This document shows positions 51,154-63,400 of a stretch of 64,000 nucleotides of DNA, in pieces (position 1 is the first letter of the stretch; each line of letters starts with the position of its first letter). The notes below the pieces were generated by a model. The model was not told the DNA's origin. It saw nothing but the letters and a program-made list of their open reading frames with translations, and ran no database searches. The position numbers and the translations under genes were made by a program. The DNA is taken from assembly GCA_028534125.1 (NCBI GenBank), contig CM052832.1, positions 33,666,001 through 33,730,000 of the forward strand, given 5' to 3'. This DNA comes from Lama glama (lineage: Eukaryota).

Positions 51154-53482
51154 GGGTGTTGCCAGATACAAAGTCAATACAGTGAATAAAATCAGTTTTA
51201 TTTCTGTACCACAGCAACAGGCAGAAAACGGAATATTAGAAAGATTGTTTACAGTAGCAGAAAAATGTCAAATGTGGTTAAAAAAAATGTCCGGTATCAC
51301 AACAGGAAAAAGCACTGGGAGGAGTTACAAAAGGCCTAAGCAAAGGAGGTGAAGTGTCGGAAGACGTAGATTCTTTCCCGACACCGCTGTGGGTTCTTTA
51401 TCACAATCCCAACAGGTAGGTGTGCACGTGAGCCGACAGGCTGGTGGTCAAGTGTGTGTGGAAGTGCGGAGGGACGGGGACACCACACCCCGTGGGAGGA
51501 GACAGCTCGGGGCGGCTCAGTTGTTCACGACGATTCGTGTGTAGTCACGGTAGTTAAAGCACTGAGGTGTCGGCCTGACAGCACCAAGGACGGAGGGAGA
51601 GCAGAGGCGCGAGCGCCAGCACGGTGTGTGCGCTGTCCTGCCCGCGGCCGGCCACGTGGAAGAACCTTGCATCACGTGCGACGGCTCCAGGTGGACTATA
51701 GTATAGGTCTGAGTGTTGAAGCAAAGTAAGTCATCTTCTAGGCCATCATTAGCAGAGTGTTTTCATGACTCAATGTAGGGGAAGGTTTTTCATCCAGGAC
51801 GTAAAAATTCACCAGATTAGTTGCTTGGTCTTTGCGGCTGGAATTACTTCCCGCCTGTCGGCCGTCAGGGAGCTGGAGGAGGGAGAAGTCTACACCGGGA
51901 GAGTGAGCACCGAGCTCCTGGGCACTGGCTTTAAGGGTTTTTGCACCTTGCAGTGGTGGTGTTTGTACACAGTGTAGACGCAGTGGTCGAGCATTGAAGG
52001 AACACTGGCCCAGCTTCATCGGGTGGCCTCTGGAGTGGCAGCCCGGTTATCAGACTGATGCCCAGTTTTCTAAAACGAGATGTCATTTGCCATACGGAAT
52101 ATTCCTTATGGGGTGACAATGCTTTTTAAAAATACTCACGATGTATAATTTTACTTTATGAGACTTTAGTCTTAAAAATTATGTGAACGATTTGGATATA
52201 ATTCATTTTAAAAACAACCATGCCAGACAACTTGCTACTTCAGAGGAATTCCACGCCGCGTTTGCTTTACAAAGACAGAGACCCCTCTGGGGCCGGGAAC
52301 TGTGCGTCGCCCCGTGCCTCTGGGCCACTGCTTCCTGGGGTTGTGCACAAGGATGCTTCACTTGCGTACTTTGTGCTCATATCTTAATACAACTCAGACT
52401 GTGCACGGCCATCGACAGAGATGGGTCACTGTGTTCCAGCGGGTAACATCAGACGTCCGCTACGGCGAGCCTGTAACTTAGGGTGTGAGCTGGGTGTTGC
52501 TGTTAGTATGTGTGTGTTCAGGCTGCTTCTGAGTTTTGTGTCTGGAGTTTGTCCAAACATACCTGTGAAGTGACATTTGTACTCAGCACAGTCAGCCTCC
52601 GGTAATCCCCGCATGCATGCGAGCCTGCCTGCGGTCCCAAGAGCGCACGGTGGTGGGTGTTTCTGCTTGGATGTAAGAGTAACTCCGCAGACCGTCCCTT
52701 GCGGCAAGGAGCAGGGTGGACGTGGGGTGGGCGGAGCACTTCTGGTGTCACACCCACTGCCTCTGTTTCTTCATCGCTCCCCCCCGACGGGTTCCTTGCT
52801 TTCTCTCCACGTGGCTCGTTGTGGTGCACTTTCTGCCGTTCACACCGGAAGTTTTTCTGGTAGTCTCCAAATGTGTATGTTCTTACAGGATCATACTTAA
52901 TGCACAGTTGTTGTTTAGAACACGTGTGAAGCGGTGTGTTCACCAGACCCCTGCTCTCCCCCTCCCCCCGTCCCGGGGGCCCCAGCAGGTGAGGGTCTGG
53001 GAGGGACCCGCCGTCTGCAGCGCATGGTGGGGAGGACATCGAGGGTTCAGTGGGCAGGGTGGCCTGGGTGTCCAGAGGGCTCCGTAAAAACGTCCCAGGC
53101 ACGATGGTTTAATTAAATGGCCTCAGATGAGCGTCACGGGGGCTGTTCTCACGACCTGCGGCCTTTTACGTGACACACCACGTTCTCCGGGCAACTGAAA
53201 CGGTCACGCTCCCCTGTGCTTTATTTCTTCGTTTACTGCTTTGTCACAGGGGTGCGCACCGCGGCGCTCTTCTGGGTGTCGTTCCTCCATTCTGTCGCCC
53301 GTTGCAGAAGGCTTTGCGGTCATTAGAGATCCTGCTTCTGCAGGCACCACGTGTGCATGTTGTGTACATGGGTGCACGTGGGCCTCCTGTGGCCTCATGC
53401 TGAGCACTCGCTGGCGCTCACCTTCTCCAGAGACGCCGACTTCCCTACCGCTGGTTCCACTGCACAGTGCCCTTGCAGCTCT

Positions 53483-53646
53483 TTTTTGTGTGTGTGTGTG
53501 TTTCTTTAATTGAGATGTAGTCAGTTTACAATGTTGTGTCAGTCCTGGTGCACAGCACAGCGCTGTGTCACACGTGAACATGCAGACATTTGCTTTCATG
53601 TTCTTTTCCACCACGAGCTGCTGCAGGATACCGCACAGAGCTGCCC
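53483..53646 (-). mobile_element. 5'-truncated L1 3' end (artiodactyl/camelid type)
   Basis: T/(TG)n tail followed by ttaattgagatgtagtcagtttacaatgttgtgtcagtcctggtgcacagca. 16-bp target-site duplication gtgcccttgcagctct (53467-53482) and gtgctctcgcagctct (53647-53662). Confidence 0.85.
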
Positions 53647-56600
53647 GTGCTCTCGCAGCTCTGAGAGCGGATGTGTTTTTCTGTTCAAGTCAGCGTGCCC
53701 TCTGGTAGTAAGGAACACGTGACTCACGGGCGCAGGGGTGGTGTGACGAGCGTGTTCGCTCAAAGCGCCAGCGTTTCAGACAGCAGGTGGGCCAGCAGGT
53801 TGTGTTCCTGTTTCCCGGTGCACATTCTGAATAGTAGCCGCTCTCTGTTTTCAGACACACTGGTTCTGTCTCTAAACTGCCTGCTCACACGATTGCATTT
53901 GCTTCGGTAGGGTTTCGGCCCGGTGGACGGGCTCGCATGACTCGGCGCTGCGCAGGCCGGGGCTCGCCACGGCCCTCCCCTTATGAATGCATTTTCTCTC
54001 CCTCTGTGTGGAGAGATGATTGTGGTCTAGCGGTCCTCTTATTCAGGTGGCGGGGAACCATGTGGGGCTGCGCTCTCGGGGGAGCACTGCAGTGAGGTTC
54101 CCCCTCCCGCTGTGTTCGGTTAGCATCTCCAGGCAGAGGTTCTCAGTAGCTGAGATTCTGAATTGATCACGTTTTTGATCTCAGATGTCATCTTGCTAGT
54201 GGCAGCTGAGAGCAGCTCATGTCCCCGCGGGGCCGAGCCGCCCCCGGTCGGGCGGGCGCGTTTCTGCGGGGCACTTCCTTGCTGCTTGCTTCTCCCAGGC
54301 CTTTGCGTCTGGGAAGCGCCTTTGAGAAAAGCGACCTGGAGCCATGTCTCCTTGCAGGGTTTTTGCTTTTTATCTCTTGTCCCCACACAGCAGGACATGG
54401 CTCTGCCAGTCAGCCTGGTCTCGCTGTGGCGGAGGGGCCGGTGGGGCAGGACAGGACTGGTGCGCAGGGCGCCGAGCACCCAGACCTGCTGTCTTCCCCG
54501 GCCTGCTGGCCTGCTGTCCAGCTTCTGCCCTGAGAGCTCACCTATCAAAACACTTTGTCGGTGGGAGGGATGTGGCGTGACCCTACACTTAGCTCTGCCC
54601 CGACTCCCAGTCTGTCAGCAGACAGCTGCCTTGCACCCACAGGCCTGCGTCCCCACCCTGGGCTGGGGACACTTCCTGGGCTGGGGACAAACCCACATTG
54701 TGTCACTTGGGCGGGAGAGGCAGGGCCCATGACAGGCTCTGCTCCACGAGGGTCTTTGGTGAGCCAGGCCTTCCCCCCTGGATTTCAGGGCTCAAGGTTA
54801 ATGTTAGGTGTGGGGCTTACCGAGTGAGTGGGTGCACTGTAGACACAGGGTGGAGGAGGGGCCGGGGCTCACACCACCTGTGATGGGGGTGCGGTGTCCT
54901 CTCTGCCCTCGCTCTCCTCCGGCCCGTCTGCATTTACTCCTCATCTTTCTGCTTTAGGAACAATGTGCACGTTAGCAACTTTGAGACCCTAGTGATGAGA
55001 AGGCCACTCCAGGGTCTGTAAACACTGGGGAGACCCCGAGACAGGCGGGGAGTCCAGGCTCCCTCATCACAGCCTCGTTTGTAGAAAATGCTTTAAAATG
55101 TGGCTGAACAATGATGCTGTCACAGACGTGCAGTTTTCTTCTGGGCGCAAGGTGGGACCCACCCTCCCCGCCCATTTGATCTCTGACTTTCCTGAGCTGG
55201 TTTCCTTTGCTGCCCTGTGCCCCCGCCCCCCATTGTTCTGGAAGCTCAGCCAGGATGCAGCCTCTTTGTTCCTGGGGGTCCGGGATGAGCGGCCCCACCG
55301 TGCGCGGACCCGTGTGGCAGTGGGAATGTTCTGTTTGAAGTCTCCTGCTCCTGCCACATGGCAGCGCTCTGACCCACTCAGACTGGAAATCAGTCTGCTT
55401 TGCCTTCCTTTTGCACCGTTTGCAAATCTCCACTAAGATTTTCATCTCTCCCCTACTTTCCTTTCTTTTCCTTCTACAAGAAAGAGCATTCAGAAGGGGA
55501 GGGCCGTGGCGAGCCCCGGCCTGCGCAGCGCCAAGCGGACGGTCGGTGCGCCCTTTCTGTTGGGCGCTCTTCAGTGGAGACGCCTCTCACTAGGGGACAT
55601 GGACGCTCGTGACCCTGCCGAGGCTCTTCTGTCTCCTGAGTCCCCGCCGCCACCTCCTTTCTGCCCCCAGAAACGAATCCCAGTGGAGCAGAGGAGACGT
55701 AGAGGCGTGCAGGGGGTGCTTATTGTGAACCCCTCTTCTGACGGTGCGTCCTTCGGCCCAGGTGCCGCAGGAGGACCTGCACCCACACTGACGTGGGGGA
55801 CACCGCCTGCCAGGTTTCAGGACAGCAGCACCGCACAGGCTTGCTGTCCTCTCCATGAAGCAGCTCTGTCTTCGGTTCATTTCCCCTGGAACGCTCTTCA
55901 TGGAGATAACCGCGCACTCTCAGTACGTCCTCTGTTTACATCCTGACATTTACAGGAAGACAATTATCATTAATCAGCATATATGATTCTATTGTTTGAA
56001 GCTGTCTTGGCGCTTTGCCTGGAGCCCTGCTCACTCGGAATAGACAGTGGACAGACACTGCAGTGGACAACCCAGGAGTGTCTGCACAGGCACTGGGGAC
56101 GGCTGAAGCCCGGAGCCGTAGAAGTGCCAAGAGTCCCTGAGACAGACCTTCCCATGAGGACGTCCCTGGGGTTTCCAGGTGCGGCAGCAGACCAACCCGA
56201 TACTCAGCAACAAGACGCCGAAAAGCAGTGATCTTGTTTGCAGTGAGCAAACACGTTGCAGAATCAGCGAGTGAGTTGATTCCTGCGACGTGCGTTTATA
56301 GAAGACAGCGTCGTGATCTGTTTCACTGCTGTGTTTAGATCTTTATCCAGCCAGAACCTAATTTATCAACACCTTGTTATCTCAAATGCTTTCCACAGCA
56401 GGGTCATAAATCCTCCCTAAAAGGGCCTCATTTCACCCTGTAATTAAGTCTCCCTGATCCCCTTCACGGACTTGAGAAGGGAGTTAAGGGTTTGCTGATT
56501 TTCATTACGCGCACAAATGCTTGTGTTAAATCCAAGCAGGCTGGAAGGAGAACGGTGTCCTTGCCAGATTCGAGCTTCACTTAGGACAGCTCCCGTGATG

Positions 56601-57309
56601 TGTATGACGGGGAGGGGGGTGCACAGAAGTGAGTGGGAGAGCCTGGAGGACTCGCGAGACACAGAAAAGAGGAAAACGTGAAAGAGACGGCGTCAAGGCG
56701 GAGGCGGGAGGCGAGAGCAGTGGGTGCCTCTGTGGGAAGTAAAGGAAGACGTGCTGAAGGCTGACTCGTTGCTTGGGTTGGCCCTGAGGATGGAGGAGCT
56801 CTGAGCTTCAGGAGATGAGAGGGGAGACACGGCTCAGAGGTGCGGAGGAGCACGGGGGAAAGGAAGTCTGCCCCGCGGGCGAGCGGGGGACGTGCCCTCG
56901 GCGGTCTGCGGGGAGGCCTGCCTGAGCTGCCCGAGCCTGGACCGGGTTCTGCCTGTGACCCTCAGAGGGGTGTGATGCTGAGAGTCCGGAATCCTGAAAG
57001 GCAGCCTAGGGAACAGTGTTTGCTCAGGTAGTAGGAGGCTTGGAAGCGGGCGACTCGAGGCGGTGTGGCCGGTCGCGGCGCTGTGCGGGCGGCGGGGGCC
57101 CCTGCCGTTCCTCTCGGCCGTCCTCCCTGCACGCCCTTCCACGTGGTCTCTGGGTGGTCGCCTCACTGGGGCAGGGGTTCTCAGGCAACACCGGGAGAAC
57201 TGTCGCTCTGGGAAAATGGCTGCAGGCGTGGCCTGGGGGCCAGACGAGCCCGGAGGTCGGACGGCTGCTGCACTCTGTGACAGCGTCGCTCAGCGGTCGC
57301 TCGCTTCCT

Positions 57310-57550
57310 AGACGGTGCACAGTTCAGTGGTTTTTAGCACATTCACAAAGCTGTGCCACCGTTGTCACAGTTGGCCTTGAACACAGTTGTCGTCACCCCA
57401 GGAAGAAAGCCCTTTCCTGTCACAGTCGCTGGTTGCTTCCAAGACCCTCAACCCGTGGCAGCTCCTCCGCACCCCCCGCCTCTGTGGCTGGGCCTGTTCT
57501 GCACACTTCAGGTAAATGGGTCACATAATACACAGTCTGTTGTAACTGGC
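57310..57550 (-). mobile_element. L1MB-type 3' UTR fragment
   Basis: gtgcacagttcagtggtttttagcacattcacaaagctgtgccacc...tcaccccaggaagaaagccc...gcctgttctgcacacttcaggtaaatgg. Confidence 0.8.
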
Positions 57551-57556
57551 AGTCAC

Positions 57557-57680
57557 TGCATTTTTAAATGGTTGTAGAAGAAAAACAGAAAGAATGCACA
57601 ACAGATTGTGTATGGCCTGCAGAGTTGAAAGCATTCACTGTCCAGCCCTTAACAGAAAGGCCTGCGGACTTGCCATAGGT
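57557..57680 (+). mobile_element. MER58-like hAT-Charlie fragment
   Basis: catttttaaatggttg...gtatggcctgcagagttgaaagcattcactgtccagcccttaacagaaa. Confidence 0.65.
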
Positions 57681-57925
57681 CAGTGTGCGTTTTTGATCAG
57701 AGGGACTTTTGAGCACGTCCCTCCTATATACGTACTACATGCATTTACACAAATACGTGTATTTGTATGTTGTGTGCCCTAGTCCAGTACCATGTATTTT
57801 ATAAATTATTCATTCAAAAATTGAAATGAAAGCGATAAAAACAAATATAAAAGTTTGAGTATTTTTCCATTTCTCTATGAAGGATTCTGTGTGCCTCTCT
57901 ATGGGTGCATGTTCCACTCAGGATC
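57681..57925 (-). mobile_element. MER113-like hAT-Charlie MITE
   Basis: tttttgatc...cttttgagcacgtccctcctatatacg...gataaaaacaaatataaaagtttgagtattttt...gggtgcatgttccact. Subfamily name from memory. Confidence 0.5.
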
Positions 57926-59164
57926 GGTGAGGCCGGAATATTTATTTATAAATAGACGGCATTAGAAACATCTTGGCATTTATCAAGAACACAGGACCCA
58001 GGCCTCAGAGCTCCTGAGAGACTCCGAGTTGAGCCGGAGAACCTGCATCCTGTGAGAACCTGGTGATTCTGACGTCAGTCAGGCCCCCTGCCCTGCCCTC
58101 GGCTCTCGGGTCCCGCATACAGGCCCATGGCAGGGACAGCGCCGGGAACCACAGGCCCAAGAAAGCAAATTTCCAGGAACGTTCATATAATGAGAACATC
58201 CTTTTAAGACATGCATTTCTTCTTAGGAATCAAACATTGCCGCTTTGTCCTTGGGAAGTACCCTGAAGGCGGTTTAAGTTTCAGTGATTAAGTGAAGAGT
58301 TTGGTGGGTGCCTGACCAGTTTCAACACGCGTGTTTTCCAGAATGTCTGTGAGGGCTTCCTTGGGCCCCGGGACAGAAGTGCTGGAAATTCTTCCCCCTG
58401 TCTGCCATCAAACCATGTGGTGCTTCTTGAGGGGGGCGAATGCTGCTCCAGTTAGCGGGTTAGGAGCAGGATAGCCGGACCTTCGGGGGCTTCTCGGAGA
58501 GCCCTCCCTGTTAACTGCACGGTTGGGTTTATGGTTTCTTTAAGCAATTACTATTCATTGGTTAATGAATCATTGAATCATTGACTCGGTGATTTTGCGT
58601 GTATCATCCCGTGGTCATATGGTTTGGCTCAAATGACAAATGAAGAAAACATCCATTTAAAATAATCCAGGAAAGGGAACGACTGGGGTTCCACAGACCT
58701 CGGTCTTTCTCTTCCTGTGGCTGTTCATTCAGCTGGTGCATTCGTTCGGCAAGATTTATATATTCTTTCCTCTGAGTCAGAACCGGTAACTTTGTTCAGC
58801 CACATGTTGCAAGGGCTTTATTTATTTCACTTTCATTTTTGTGACTTTTAATTTGGGGATTTTAAAAATGAAATTTGAAAAATTCCCAACTGTTGTTAAA
58901 GGTTTTCCTTGCACTCCCTCCATCCAGGATTCAGTGAGTTGCCTCGCCAGCCAGTAAGAGCAACTGCTCTGTGTCTGTCGAGATGGGTTGCGCTCCAAGG
59001 ACCGACGCTGTTTTTACTGTGCCCTTTTGGGAGGCGCTTCGGCTAGCAGTTGAATTGGCGGGTTTGCAGTAACGCGTGGAGCTCTGACTACAAGTTACGT
59101 TGCTGGTTAAATCAGACTCCTTGTGAGTAAGTCGCTTTTTCTTGTTTGCCTGCATGTGTATTTT

Positions 59165-59270
59165 TACTTCTGTAAGCGCCACAAGGCCAGGGATCTTTGT
59201 TTTGTTCTCTGGGCTTGCTAGGCGCCTAAAATACTATCTGTCACTCGGTAAATATTTAATGAATGAGTGG
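59165..59270 (+). mobile_element. LINE-2 3' end
   Basis: ctgtaagcgccacaaggccagggatctttgttttgttc...actcggtaaatatttaatgaatgagtg. Confidence 0.75.
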
Positions 59271-60089
59271 ATTCCAGGACTTATTTTGAAAAGGGTTTAA
59301 GGAGTGTTAAGGAGTGCAGTGATATGTCCAATATGCTGAGAGAAAATAGACTTAATATGGCTGAGGAAGAAGCTGAGGCAGTGGGAAAGTGTAGGTGGGA
59401 CAGTACCAGGACCAGATCAGTGTGCAGATCACACGTGTGAAATTTGACCAACTTCCCGCTGAAGGGGTGTAGGTTTGGCTTTGCCATTTCCAGCTGCACA
59501 GGATTCTGTAGAAGGCAGATAAAAGGCAAATTAGATTTACTGTCCCTTCAGCGTCCTTGACCTTGACCTTGACCAGAGCGTCCCTTTCGGACGCTCGATG
59601 TTGATCACAGGGAGACGGGGCGGAGGGTGTCTGTCACCCCCACCAGGAGGGCGGTTCAGTGTGGCCTTGCGGACGCCGGGCCAGCCAGCGCCACCAGTGC
59701 CCCGACGGGGGGCCACGAATGTTCCCTTCCCTTTGATCATCTGCGCTTGTTCCTTGTGGACCTTTGTGTGTCCACACTTTCAGTATTAGTTCTGATTGTA
59801 AAATTACACGCTTTCAACAGAGGTGCAAAGTTTAGAGGAAACGAGGCCATGATAAAACACAAAGTGCTTTTTTCTCAGAAAGCGTTTTATTAAAATGTTC
59901 GTTGTACTTTCAAAGTCTTAAAACTGTAGAGGCCACAAAGTGATAACCGTGAACCTAATGTCTCCTAAAGGTATGGCTGTCTAAAACTCAGAAGAGAACG
60001 TGCGGAGCCTTTAGGGTTTAATGGCCTGCCCGCCTCTTGCCTGCGGTCTCTCCTCGGCCCCCGGCCCCCGACGGCCAGTAACAGGCGGT

Positions 60090-60430
60090 TCTCACAGCCC
60101 CGCTTTGCTCTTTCCCTGGACTCCGCCTGGCTGTCTTCACACGTCTCACGGGCTGTGTTCTCTGTGACACCATTCCTGGTCACCACGTCTAAAACTACAC
60201 GCGTGCGCGCACACACACACGAACACACACAGCGCACACGCGCGCGTGCTCTCTCTGTCCCTCCGTCGCTCTGTCTTCTCCCTGCAGCACCTGCCACCGG
60301 CCGGCACGTTACTTGCCCACCTGGTCGGGCGTCTCTCCGACTGCGTCTTTGTCTGCTGCTCAGGCCTGTGCCTTCGTGCCTGGGGTACCTGGGCCGTAGA
60401 CAAGGTCCCATGTTTGTTGAGCGAATGGGT
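60090..60430 (+). mobile_element. LINE-2 3' fragment with an internal alternating purine/pyrimidine tract
   Basis: ttctctgtgacaccattcctggtcaccacgtctaaaa...cctgggccgtagacaaggtcccatgtttgttgagcgaatg. Confidence 0.6.
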
Positions 60431-63400
60431 TCCCAGCTCCTGCTGAGAAATTGATGAGCACTTAGCCCAGTCAGGTTCCTGTGTGGGGATGGTCATCTGG
60501 GGCCAGGCAGGAGGGGAAAGAGCTGTCCAGTTCACCGCTTCTCTCAGTGGTGGTGGTGTTGGCGGTGCCACCCTGCACGCCCGCATCAGGCCGTGCACGT
60601 CAATACGGTGGTTCCTTTGTGCTCACGGAAGCCTGAGGGGCGCGGCACGGGGTCCCCTGGCGGCGCGTTTACATCACACGCTTGCCCTGTGGGCGCTTGG
60701 CTCTGTGACCCCGACATGGACTCGTATGACCGTTGTCATGGGAGAGCGCTGTCAGTGTCGTGATTGGCCCTGTTTGTGAGAAGGGCCCTGGAGGAGAGCC
60801 TTGTTACTGTACTGGTGTTGAGCCACGTCCTGGGCTTTTCACATTTTAGCGAAACGTGGGCTGTGCGTCGCGGTTTCCAGGCAGAACGTGTTGGCCTGGG
60901 GACGCCCGCATCTGGCGAAGCCCTTCCAGCCGTCTGACTGTGTGTGCTCAGCGTGCTTGGTGCGCGCTGCCTTGTTTGGAGAAGTGCGCGTATTGGTAAG
61001 TGTGCTGCTTCTAAAAACAATCCATTGCTTTCCCCATCAGAAAGCGGCAGCTCCAAAGGAGCTGCTACAGCAAGTCTGAAGCGTTCTCTGCTCGCATCTC
61101 GCTGATCCCTGGAGGGGCTGGAGCCTTTGAGACACACTGTGGTCGAGTCTGTTGTGCCAACTCCGCTTGCTGCAAATCCCTGGGGAAATTTCAGATAAGA
61201 AAGCATTTTGTGTGGTCCATGCAAAAACACATCGGGGCGACACTGAAAGTTGTGGCTCCCTCCTTAACCTCTCCCTACAAATTCTCAGGTGCTGAGAGAA
61301 AGACAGCCCAGGGTCCTTCTTTACAGGCAGCAGAGGAAGTTTGCCTTGGTCCACTGCTTCTTGGCTTTCCCGCTTCACAAATTTGACGCAGGTTTTCTTG
61401 TCTCCCATCCCTAGAGGTACTTCAAGGAAGTGTGGGTAGAAATTTAATCTTGTTCACTCTTTACTTTGAAATCAGCTTTAAAAGAGTCCAGAGCAAGGGC
61501 TCAGGCTCTGGCGGGACCGGCGGTCGCCGGCCGTGGGGGAGCGCCGGCGGCCGTGCAGGGTGGGCTGACAGGCGGGGGCGTCCCTGGCAGGCACCCATTT
61601 TCCTCGCCTTCAACCCGGCCACCTGTCTGGATTGTCTGTAAGCAGCTCACTCTCCCCTGGGAAGAAGCACAGCTCAACAGGTAGATAGCATGCGTGTCTG
61701 TCCCACGGTCATGACTTGATCAGGACTAGTTCAAAATCCTGAGGGACCCAGAGAAAGGAAAATCATCTCTCTTGCCGCCTCTTCCACACCCAGTGTGTGA
61801 TTCAGAGTGACACAGAATTTAAATTCATGCTTAAATTAACATAGCTTCTTTGAAATATTTCCTTGAAATAGTTCGATGTCAAAATTCTAGATAACTTTGT
61901 TACAGGCAAACTGTTTCTCTTTTGGGGTGACCCGTGGCACCTCAAACACATGCTTCTTCAGCCTGTGATGTGGTCCAGGAGGAGGTCAGCCCCCGAGCCC
62001 GTCGGAACGCAGTGCGAGAGTATTCCCTGTGGAACGAGCATGTGTGTCCCGGCCGTGTGAAACGTGCCGCTCACGTCGTGGGGAGACGGCGGGCTGGACG
62101 GGAGGCGCAGTTTGTGGTCTGGGCTGCCTTCCACGTGCCCATGCCTTGGACAAAGTGTAATGAGGTTTTGCTAGGTAGCTAATTTATCTGCTTTTGCATA
62201 CCTCTTAGCTGAGGCTCTAAGAAATAGCAAAATGCCCCAAGGACTCTCGGCCGATGGTGAGGAGGAAGATGCGGGGTCAGGGGCAGGGCATGTTGACAAT
62301 TGGACAGTCATCAGCCGAGTCATTAAATAAGGGTTGTAATTTATTTTACTGTAGTTGAAAAATATCTGATGAGGGTGTGTGTGAGACAGAAAGGGTGGGG
62401 AGGACACAGGGAGAGGGCGATGGGAGGCTGAAAGTGGTGGCGGGAATCGAGTTCAAGTTAATGCTTGCCAGGACGTTGACTGGGCTCGTTTTTCTGTCTT
62501 GAAGGAGCTCAGACTTTAACACAAGGCTTTGCATTTCTTAAACACACACAATATATGTTTTTTACTTTATGGTGAAGCTCTTAGGAAATCTCCACCTCCT
62601 CATTCCCTCTGGTTAGAAAAAAACTCCACGGCCAAGCCATCTATCTTGTGTAATTATCCTCATAAACCTCCGAAGTACGCTCCTCTCCCGACGCGGCGCT
62701 GGCGTGGGTCCGGGCACAGTCCCCAGCGCGGTAATCACAGGTCCTAAGAGGAGTGCCGCCGTCAGGATTTACCGCCTCTGCTGCGGACGCATAAATCATC
62801 CCGCGGAGCGGTGAGTGGACGGCCGCGCGGCCCTTTGTTTGCGTTGGGCGTTCTCTGCAGCTTCTCCGCGTGAGGGCTAGGGCATCCGAGGCCCTTTGTA
62901 GAGGGTGCTTATCGTTAATAGAAAGCAGCATGTGTGCGTCCTGCAGGCCCGCTTCCTTATTTAAAGTGGGCATCCTTCCTCCCCTGCGATGTGTTTCCTC
63001 TCTGGTTGCAGGACCGAGGGCCAGGCCTTTGTAAGCCCTTAAAGGCACATCCCTTCCAGATGACCTTTTGTCCTGAGCGGCTGAGATGTATTGTTCAGTC
63101 TGCTCAGAATTACACGGGGTGTCCTAGGAATTTTTGCTTTGGTTAATTAAATTTGGAAACGTGTCATTTTTTCCTATTATAAAGCATAAATGAAAGTGCA
63201 GTCAAATTGATTTTGGAGCTCTGGTAGATGAGATAATTGCAAGCGGGTAAATGATTTAGGATTTGAAAATACGTGTGCCTTTTCTCTGCTGAGAGAAACT
63301 TGAAACATACTTAACTCCACTTAAATTATCTCCTCGTCTGGGCCCCTTTCCACTCATAAAGGTGTTACGTCCATGTTATGCTGAGCAAACTCATCCTGAC

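Larger units (their letters stand above)
48690..52500 (+). mobile_element. Old, internally deleted L1 ORF2 fossil interrupted by two MaLR insertions
   Basis: Colinear degraded ORF2 motifs: endonuclease region (48690-48830), ASITL..KPDK..RPISL (49000-49100), ISIDAEK (about 49250), GCPL.P.LF and LFADDM (49930-50070), VAGYK.N (51160), LILKFIW (about 51450). Right boundary uncertain. Confidence 0.8.

Noticed and set aside
54657-54689. 15-bp direct duplication cctgggctggggaca
   Set aside because: A simple local tandem duplication with no further structure.
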